A stretch of DNA of 64,000 bases from a virus. Its lineage: Duplodnaviria > Caudoviricetes. Shown in pieces: positions 1-6,612 of this stretch. Location: positions 130-64,129 of the IMG/VR virus record IMGVR_UViG_3300011114_000269. One strand, given 5' to 3'. Positions within the stretch are counted from its first letter, which is position 1, and each line of letters opens with the position of its first letter. Position numbers and translations under genes: made by a program. The notes under the pieces were generated by a model. The model ran no database searches. It was not told where the DNA came from and saw only the letters and a list, made by a program, of their open reading frames with translations.

Positions 1-228
1 GAGGGTAAGATATATCAGGCAGCACAACACCTCTACTGCCACCTACAAACTGAAAGGCTAAACCATGACCACCATTACAGGTACACAAATAGACGACTTC
101 CAATTGCTCACCCTGCGCCAAATGCTAAAGCTTGAAATTAGGGGAATGACGCGAAGCCGTTCGCCTTCGGCCTATTCCATCTTAAAAAAGATGGGCTATA
201 CAGGCACCCGCGAATCTGTGCTGGCCCA
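1..228. repeat. Terminal direct repeat / circular overlap, left copy
   Basis: 1-228 matches 63779-64000 except for a 6-bp indel (CTACAAACTGAAAGGC vs CTACAAAGGC) and one A/G change at position 120. Confidence 0.95.
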
Positions 229-268
229 ATTGGACGACAGGCGCAGGGAAATTTTAGGCCTAGCGTAA
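65..268 (+). CDS. Early hypothetical protein (67 aa)
   Basis: AAAGG RBS; first gene of the + strand early region. Confidence 0.7.
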   Translation: MTTITGTQIDDFQLLTLRQMLKLEIRGMTRSRSPSAYSILKKMGYTGTRESVLAQLDDRRREILGLA

Positions 269-311
269 TCGACTGTTAACCCTCACCCCGAGGGTTAACG
301 GGCAATTATGC
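263..311 (+). promoter_or_regulatory. Conserved intergenic hairpin, copy 1 (possible RNase III site)
   Basis: CTGTTAACCCTC/GAGGGTTAACGG stem plus GCGTAAT/ATTATGC outer stem; paralogs at 777 and 2993. Confidence 0.6.
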
Positions 312-328
312 CGAACAGAAAGGAAACC

Positions 329-460
329 ATGTACACCGCCCAAGTGAACGCCCATGGGAATATCATTGTCTGCAAGGGCGCAGACGTCCGAAACAGTTAC
401 CGCATTGTGTTTACAGGCACCTATGCCGACTGCCTACGCTTTAAAACCCTCGGAGAATAA
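329..460 (+). CDS. Small early protein MYTAQVNAHG... (43 aa, not in ORF track)
   Basis: GAAAGGA RBS, ATG at 329, TAA ending at 460. Confidence 0.6.
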   Translation: MYTAQVNAHGNIIVCKGADVRNSYRIVFTGTYADCLRFKTLGE

Positions 461-464
461 CGCC

Positions 465-782
465 ATGATCTTAATTTCAATCACCTATAGCACCGACGAC
501 CACGAGAGTGCAGAACATGGGGAAAGCATCGACCACGGGTTTAAGTCAGAAGATGAACCCCTTACTTTCGGGGAACTGTGCCGCCTGATCCAACGCGGAG
601 GGTTTAATTACCCATCATGCAGCCCCGCCAAAGGCAGCACCCGCGAATGGTTACAGGCAGAGCCGGAACAGGATTACACCACGGGCGAATATACGACCTA
701 TGCCCTGCACTATTCGCACAACAACCCGCCGAAAAATGCGAAGTACTGGCGCGCAGCCTTCAAAGCTTGCGGTATAGCGTGA
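465..782 (+). CDS. Early hypothetical protein (MILISITYST...)
   Basis: GGAG upstream of ATG 465; 3' part of track ORF 354..782. Confidence 0.65.
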   Translation: MILISITYSTDDHESAEHGESIDHGFKSEDEPLTFGELCRLIQRGGFNYPSCSPAKGSTREWLQAEPEQDYTTGEYTTYALHYSHNNPPKNAKYWRAAFKACGIA

Positions 783-824
783 CGGACTGTTAGCCCTGCG
801 CGCAGGGTTAACGGGCAATCACGC
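777..824 (+). promoter_or_regulatory. Conserved intergenic hairpin, copy 2
   Basis: CTGTTAGCCCTG/CAGGGTTAACGG plus GCGTGA/TCACGC. Confidence 0.6.
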
Positions 825-842
825 CAACAGGAGAAATAAACC

Positions 843-1328
843 ATGGATCAAAATATTTTAGTTAACGCTCTGCGCTGCGCAGGACTCAGCACCTACGACG
901 ACAGGGGAAGCAGCCCCACCGCCCGCGCACAGGATGCCCTATCAGGCCGGACGCACTATTGTGAGCCCGCAACCATGCGATGGCACTTTGCCCGCATTAC
1001 AAGTGCCCGCCGGATTAGCATGGGCGCATTTTTTATGCTGGTCGAATCCTGTGGGGCCGATTATGAAAACACCCGCAGGGTTTTCCGCGCCGTATGCTTT
1101 GACATTTTCGGCAAGGTTGTTTATCGCCCTGACCTAGACAATAGCAGCACCAGCACCGAGGCCGCGACCAAAGCATTCTATAAGTTTTGGAATGACTTCG
1201 ACCAAGCCGCCTATTATCAGGAAGAACTAAAAAGCCGCACCCGCCACGCCAGCGAAGCAGAAATTATTTTTAATGTGGCGCGGGTTTGTCCGCATCAAAT
1301 GCCCCAAACAGAAAAGGCCGCAGCATGA
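843..1328 (+). CDS. Early hypothetical protein (161 aa)
   Basis: AGGAG RBS; ATGA overlap with the next gene. Confidence 0.75.
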   Translation: MDQNILVNALRCAGLSTYDDRGSSPTARAQDALSGRTHYCEPATMRWHFARITSARRISMGAFFMLVESCGADYENTRRVFRAVCFDIFGKVVYRPDLDNSSTSTEAATKAFYKFWNDFDQAAYYQEELKSRTRHASEAEIIFNVARVCPHQMPQTEKAAA

Positions 1329-1606
1329 AAAAAGAACAACCCACGCCCCGCGCATATCTTAGCCACTCACGCGGACAATGGCGCGTGATATTAGACGGAA
1401 TGCCCCTATGCGCAGATACCACAAAGGCAAACGCCGAAGCTTGCGCGCGCACTTTCCGAGTCACCCTGAGCCCCAATTATTGGCACGGGGAAGCAGGGGA
1501 ATTTATGCCGCTTGATCCCCAGCAGGAACAGGAAGCCGCAGCCTTTACCCTCGCGCATACACCAAACCAACCTAAAACCACGGGCGCGCAGCCGCCCCTT
1601 TTCTGA
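1325..1606 (+). CDS. Early hypothetical protein
   Basis: ATG 1325 overlaps the upstream TGA. Confidence 0.6.
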   Translation: MKKEQPTPRAYLSHSRGQWRVILDGMPLCADTTKANAEACARTFRVTLSPNYWHGEAGEFMPLDPQQEQEAAAFTLAHTPNQPKTTGAQPPLF

Positions 1607-1617
1607 AAGGCCGAACC

Positions 1618-1821
1618 ATGTATTTTGACCGATTCGACATTTGCGAAGCTTACTATTTAGCACTTTCCCATTGTCACGGCGGGCAATGGTCGAATGAATA
1701 CGCGCGCCTGTGCCGCATGACCCGCTATTTCAAACCCTCGCCCATGCTATCGCTGGATTCCCTTTCAGAAAATGCAAGGGAAATCTACGATGCCGCCTGT
1801 GCGCGCTTTTTATCCAAATAA
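1618..1821 (+). CDS. Early hypothetical protein (MYFDRFDICEAYY...)
   Basis: AAGGCCGAACCATG leader. Confidence 0.7.
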   Translation: MYFDRFDICEAYYLALSHCHGGQWSNEYARLCRMTRYFKPSPMLSLDSLSENAREIYDAACARFLSK

Positions 1822-1831
1822 AGGCCGAACC

Positions 1832-2059
1832 ATGCAAGACGAAGACGTAAACGGGCAAATTATCGGTGGCGATTATGGGGAATGTTGGCTTACTTATGAA
1901 GGCCGCAAGCAGGGGCCAACTTTTTACGCCCGCAGCGCCGTCACCGCGCAGGAATTACTAGCCGCCGAACACCGCCGAATCAAGGCCGAATGCGGCGAAG
2001 CTTACCACGACATATATCCCGCCCTGAAGTGGGCGCATAATTTTAGGGGCATCGAATGA
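1832..2059 (+). CDS. Early hypothetical protein
   Basis: Same AAGGCCGAACCATG leader. Confidence 0.6.
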   Translation: MQDEDVNGQIIGGDYGECWLTYEGRKQGPTFYARSAVTAQELLAAEHRRIKAECGEAYHDIYPALKWAHNFRGIE

Positions 2060-2253
2060 AACACACCGAAAGCGCATACATAAACGCAGGGGCCCGCTTC
2101 GAACGGGTACAAAGCACCGCCGGAAATCTAGCCGCAGCCGCCGCCCTGCGATCCATGCTGGACACAGAAACGCCGGAAGATCAAACCGAAGCCCGCCGCC
2201 TGATCGAACAGGGGCGCGCTGAGATTCGACTATCGGCAGGGCGCAAACGATAG
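2056..2253 (+). CDS. Early hypothetical protein
   Basis: ATGA overlap with the upstream gene. Confidence 0.6.
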   Translation: MKHTESAYINAGARFERVQSTAGNLAAAAALRSMLDTETPEDQTEARRLIEQGRAEIRLSAGRKR

Positions 2254-2337
2254 AAAAATACAATATGCAGGGGCGCATTTCGCGCCCGATGCTGACTGGT
2301 AGAATTACTTACAACCTAACACATACAAAGGAACACA

Positions 2338-2640
2338 ATGGACAAGCAACAAAAACAATCCGATGCATTGGATCGGGCGCGCAGTAGTCAATCATTGGCT
2401 AACTATGGACAGATTATGCAGGGGTTAATAGAAAAAGGAATCAATCCTGACGATATCGCTTTCCGCGAAAACGTCCTGACTTTTGACGCATGGCGCGCAC
2501 TAGGCCGGACTGTACGCAGGGGTGAAAAAGGGGTTAGATGCCTGACTTGGATACCAATAGAAGACGATACAGGGGCAAAGAAAGCCCGCCCCCGTACCGC
2601 CTACGTTTTCCACATTTCACAAACGGAGCAATTGCAATGA
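2338..2640 (+). CDS. ArdC N-terminal-like ssDNA-binding antirestriction protein
   Basis: VLTFDAWRALGRTVRRGEKG and YVFHISQTE motifs; AAGGA RBS; extended -10 TGgTAGAAT at 2297-2305. Confidence 0.75.
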   Translation: MDKQQKQSDALDRARSSQSLANYGQIMQGLIEKGINPDDIAFRENVLTFDAWRALGRTVRRGEKGVRCLTWIPIEDDTGAKKARPRTAYVFHISQTEQLQ

Positions 2641-2804
2641 CCGCCTACGAAGCAAACGGATTTAAGAATCGCCGCGAATACTTGGACGATCTAGCCCAAG
2701 AGTACGACCGCACCACAGTTTATGCATTGGCTGCAATGCTTGGCCCGTCAGAGGATTTTGATGGCCTAGTTACCGCGCTGGAGGATTACGCTGATGGATA
2801 CTAA
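2637..2804 (+). CDS. Hypothetical protein (YEANGFKNRREYL...EDFDGLV)
   Basis: GGAG RBS; ATGA overlap. Confidence 0.65.
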   Translation: MTAYEANGFKNRREYLDDLAQEYDRTTVYALAAMLGPSEDFDGLVTALEDYADGY

Positions 2805-2994
2805 ATTCTGCATCAACTGCAAGCATTACACATTGGAAGACGCATCTGCTGCCCACCTAGGCCGATGCCTTAAATCTGCCGAAATATGCCTAGTGACAGG
2901 CAAGCAAAAAGCATATTCCGACCTAGGATTTTGCTCGACCATGAGGATCAAGCCGGACTGCGGGCCGGACGCTAAATTGTTTGAAGCAAAGTGA
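2794..2994 (+). CDS. Cys-rich small protein
   Basis: CINCKH motif; GGAGG RBS. Confidence 0.6.
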   Translation: MDTKFCINCKHYTLEDASAAHLGRCLKSAEICLVTGKQKAYSDLGFCSTMRIKPDCGPDAKLFEAK

Positions 2995-3036
2995 AAACTC
3001 TGTTAGCCCTGCGAGTCAGGGTTAACGGGGCATTTC
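2993..3036 (+). promoter_or_regulatory. Conserved intergenic hairpin, copy 3
   Basis: CTCTGTTAGCCCTG/CAGGGTTAACGGGG followed by AACAGAAAGG RBS. Confidence 0.6.
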
Positions 3037-3056
3037 CCCAAACAGAAAGGATTTTT

Positions 3057-3329
3057 ATGCAAACCTACCGCTACATTCAAGACCCATCCCATGGCTGGAT
3101 AGAAGTGCCATTGGAGGAATTGGAAAAACACCATCTTAGCTACAAGATCAGCCGCTATTCCTACATGAACCCCAAGACAGGGAAAGCTTACCTAGAGGAA
3201 GACTGCGATGCCGCCATTTTCATTAAGAAACTGAAGGATACCGATACGCCATACGACATTAAAGAAGTGTATCAAGAGAACACTTTTGTCCGCAATTTGC
3301 CCAGCTTTGAGCATGGGTTTGGAGCATAA
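3057..3329 (+). CDS. Conserved phage hypothetical protein (DPSHGW...YLEEDCD)
   Basis: Motif pattern and RBS. Confidence 0.7.
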   Translation: MQTYRYIQDPSHGWIEVPLEELEKHHLSYKISRYSYMNPKTGKAYLEEDCDAAIFIKKLKDTDTPYDIKEVYQENTFVRNLPSFEHGFGA

Positions 3330-3331
3330 AA

Positions 3332-3691
3332 ATGGGTTACTTTTCTAAGACTTGCGCCAAGACGCATATGCCGATTGTTGTCGAAGCATTGGATTTGCCA
3401 CGATTAAACATAGTCGTGGCCCTGCTACCTAGTGGCAGGAAAATTGAGGGCTCATACGATGGGTATGGGCGCGTCAATGGCATTGACCTAATGGACGCAT
3501 GGCCTAAAGTAAAGATGGTTTTAAAAGACCATTACGCAGACGAGTCCTACGACCAACTAGGAAACTCAGGCGATGAACTAGCCCAAGGGTACTTTATGGA
3601 TAGGAAATTCTTACACCATTGCCTACTGAAAGGCCCGTTTAAAAACCGCGCAGAGTACATCCGCGCATTCAAAAAATACGCTAACTGGTAA
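3332..3691 (+). CDS. Hypothetical protein (MGYFS...GSYDGYGRV)
   Basis: GGAG RBS; operon packing. Confidence 0.7.
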   Translation: MGYFSKTCAKTHMPIVVEALDLPRLNIVVALLPSGRKIEGSYDGYGRVNGIDLMDAWPKVKMVLKDHYADESYDQLGNSGDELAQGYFMDRKFLHHCLLKGPFKNRAEYIRAFKKYANW

Positions 3692-3859
3692 GGGGATAAC
3701 CATGGAAACCGAACAAATTAATCAAGAGTTGCTGGACGCTTGCATTGAAGCATTGGCACTATTTGACGATTACCCGCAATGCTATACATCTATCGGCACT
3801 TACCAAGTGTTGAACATTGCCATCAATAACGCACTTAAAGCACTAGAAGGAGCAGCAGC

Positions 3860-4066
3860 ATGATACTGATACAAGCAAGTGAAAAAGCATTGTCATTTAA
3901 TGGTGACTCAAAAACAGCCATGAATTTAATTAATTCTTTGCTAACGGCCTATGAGAGCGCGGGAATGGATATGCCCAAGATGCTAAGTGACTTTTTATTT
4001 AACATTGAAGTGGCATTACAAAATGCAGGGGTGCTGGACGAATGGTTTGAGGAGATAAAAGCATGA
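3860..4066 (+). CDS. Hypothetical protein
   Basis: AAGGAG RBS. Confidence 0.6.
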   Translation: MILIQASEKALSFNGDSKTAMNLINSLLTAYESAGMDMPKMLSDFLFNIEVALQNAGVLDEWFEEIKA

Positions 4067-4410
4067 ACATAGAACAGTTACAAATTGCATTGTTTGATCT
4101 TTACGACATACGCAATGCGCTATCAATCAAAGACAAAGCAATGGAAAAAAGCGATGGAAGCGATGAAACCATAGGCGATGCATTGGATAGCGCCATTGAA
4201 TTTTTGGAGCAATTAGAAGGAGAAGCAGCATGAAACATGAAGAATTGAATGGTACTGATTGGGCTTTGATATATGGGCAAGGCTACAAAGACGCACAACG
4301 TGGATGCGATAAACGCGACCACACTAAAACGCTTGGCTCGGAAGTGCAAGAAGAATACTTGCGTGGATACCAGCAGGGAGAATTTGATACAAGCAGAGTG
4401 GAGGCATGAA

Positions 4411-4902
4411 ATGAAAATTGAACTTAAAAACGTAAAGCATAGCGAATTCGCTAGTCACGAAACCAACTGTTTCGAGGCCACGATCTACGTTGACGGGAAG
4501 AAAGCCGGACACGCAGAGAACTCAGGCCAAGGAGGGACGACCAATATCTCACCCAATACATTGGTTTTGATGCTGGACGAGTACGCGAAAACGTTACCGC
4601 CCTTGATACATAAATCCCATGCCAACGATACGATTGAGATTACAAAGATAGAACAAGACGCAGAACTATTGATAGACGAACTGCTAACCACTTGGCTATA
4701 CGCCCGCGATCTAAAGCGAATGATGGCTAAGAGGATTGTTTTTACCCGTGAAGGTCAGATACTAGAAACTGTCAAGCTTACGCCCGTAGCAATGCAGAAT
4801 TACCTATCCAGTCCGACATTCAAAGAGCGCATGAAGGCAGACGAGATACTTAACGCTATGCCGCTTGAAAAAGCATTAGAAATTTATAGGAGTGCAGCGT
4901 GA
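4411..4902 (+). CDS. Hypothetical protein (MKIELKNVKHSEFASHETNCFEATIYVDGK...)
   Basis: GGAGG RBS before ATG 4411. Confidence 0.75.
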   Translation: MKIELKNVKHSEFASHETNCFEATIYVDGKKAGHAENSGQGGTTNISPNTLVLMLDEYAKTLPPLIHKSHANDTIEITKIEQDAELLIDELLTTWLYARDLKRMMAKRIVFTREGQILETVKLTPVAMQNYLSSPTFKERMKADEILNAMPLEKALEIYRSAA

Positions 4903-5245
4903 AACACTATTACATACAAGTACCAAATTGGATATACGCAATGGATGCCTATGGCCTAAACCGCCGTGATGCCATAGCCCGATTCCGAAAAAATCAAGGT
5001 TTTGGACGTATGCCTAAGGGATTTGCTATTTGGGAGGCATCATGACCGAAGACCATCAGCGAGTGCTACTGCTTTTGAGTGATATGCTGGAGGGACTCTA
5101 CCGAGCCCTGCCAGTTATCGAAGATGCAGAAGATGACCCACACTATAGACAGGGGTACATTAAAGCTTTACGAATGGAAATTGTAGACTTAATAGAAAGG
5201 GCCGAACGTGAATGACACTACCCGCACCTATCCGGAGGCTAACCC

Positions 5246-5599
5246 ATGATGAATCCAGAAATATGGCGACTGGTTAAGCACGACACTTGGAAGACCAACC
5301 CAATTAGCATCATTACTAGACGACCGGGAGTAAATAGCACTACTATTGCCAACTTTCCAGCTCGCGCCACCATAACTCGGGAAGACTCGATGGCCTACGC
5401 TCGGATGATGGTTTGCGCCCCCGAGATGATAGAACTACTGCGCCGGTTTGTTGGATGGTATAGCAACCGCTACGAAGGGACAAACATGGTTATGCCCATA
5501 AAAAACCAACCGCCTGAGATACAGGACGCTATGCGCCTAATCGAAAAAGCCACCATCGAAACAGGATTGATAGAAGGACTAATGAGGACACCAAAATGA
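5246..5599 (+). CDS. Hypothetical protein with NARL..APE-like segment (YARMMVCAPEM)
   Basis: GGAGG RBS; flanked by an 18-bp direct repeat. Confidence 0.65.
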   Translation: MMNPEIWRLVKHDTWKTNPISIITRRPGVNSTTIANFPARATITREDSMAYARMMVCAPEMIELLRRFVGWYSNRYEGTNMVMPIKNQPPEIQDAMRLIEKATIETGLIEGLMRTPK

Positions 5600-5772
5600 A
5601 TACCCATGTAAACCCCACTACCCGCACCTATCCCCGTACCATGCGCGAAGCATTCCCGCATGACCATTTCCTGCTAGATGTACCGCCGGACAAAGCCAAT
5701 GCATTGGATTTAGCTGCAATGTTCTTTGCCGGTTTGGTACTTGGCCTCATGCTAGGACAATTCTTTGCTTAA

Positions 5773-6612
5773 TCAACCTGTCCGGCTAACCACCGGACTA
5801 AATGCTTTCAATAGGCTTTGGGAAAACCTAAACAATCCCATCTCTTTGTGATCGTCATTGGCATCATGGCCTACTTTCTTACTCATCCAGTAAGGCCACC
5901 CAATGTTCTGAGCAGTCCGCTCCCCTGTCCCACTTGCGTCGTTATCTGCAACGACCACGCCCACATCTAAATCCCTAGCTATCTTTGCCATGTTGCCAGC
6001 ACTAAAGCATACATGGATTGTGTACCGCTTGCGCAAGCTTTTCATTGCCGCCTGTACAGACAGAGCCGTGGCAAACCCCTCACACAATACATTGGTTCCC
6101 TTGTTATCAATTACAAAGGTTGAGTGCGAAGTCTTTTGCCCGCTTAAGAATTTCTTTTTCCCGTCTTCGTCTATCAACTGACAACCAAATACTTTTCCAT
6201 CAATACGCATTGGAACTACAAGTATCGGGTTTCCATTCTTGCGCCATACATTGCCCTGCTCCTCAGGGAATCCCTTGGATGCAAGATACTTGTGCCGTTC
6301 GGTATGGCACTGGTGAAGTATCCACGCCGCCCTCGAAGCCGCTTCCCTTTGCTTCTGTTCGATATGGGTTTCACTAGCCCTAAGCACTTGCAAAAACTTA
6401 GCGCGATCTATCTTATCCGCACCCTCAGACTTCCATATGGATACTTCTGAATCAGTAGCATGGTTCTGGACAAAGGCAATGTCGCCCATATATTTAACCG
6501 CCCCGTTCTTTTTAGTCGGGTGATCCTCTGTTGGATAGCGCCGCCATACGCCAACGGGAGGCAGGGAACCTACAAGAATTCCATGTGCCTTGCAATACGT
6601 AATTAAATCCAT
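5773..6612 (-). CDS. Toprim-domain primase-like protein
   Basis: LCEGFATA and VVADND Toprim motifs; YLASKG; TAATG coupling to the helicase gene. Confidence 0.85.
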   Translation of the reverse strand: MDLITYCKAHGILVGSLPPVGVWRRYPTEDHPTKKNGAVKYMGDIAFVQNHATDSEVSIWKSEGADKIDRAKFLQVLRASETHIEQKQREAASRAAWILHQCHTERHKYLASKGFPEEQGNVWRKNGNPILVVPMRIDGKVFGCQLIDEDGKKKFLSGQKTSHSTFVIDNKGTNVLCEGFATALSVQAAMKSLRKRYTIHVCFSAGNMAKIARDLDVGVVVADNDASGTGERTAQNIGWPYWMSKKVGHDANDDHKEMGLFRFSQSLLKAFSPVVSRTG

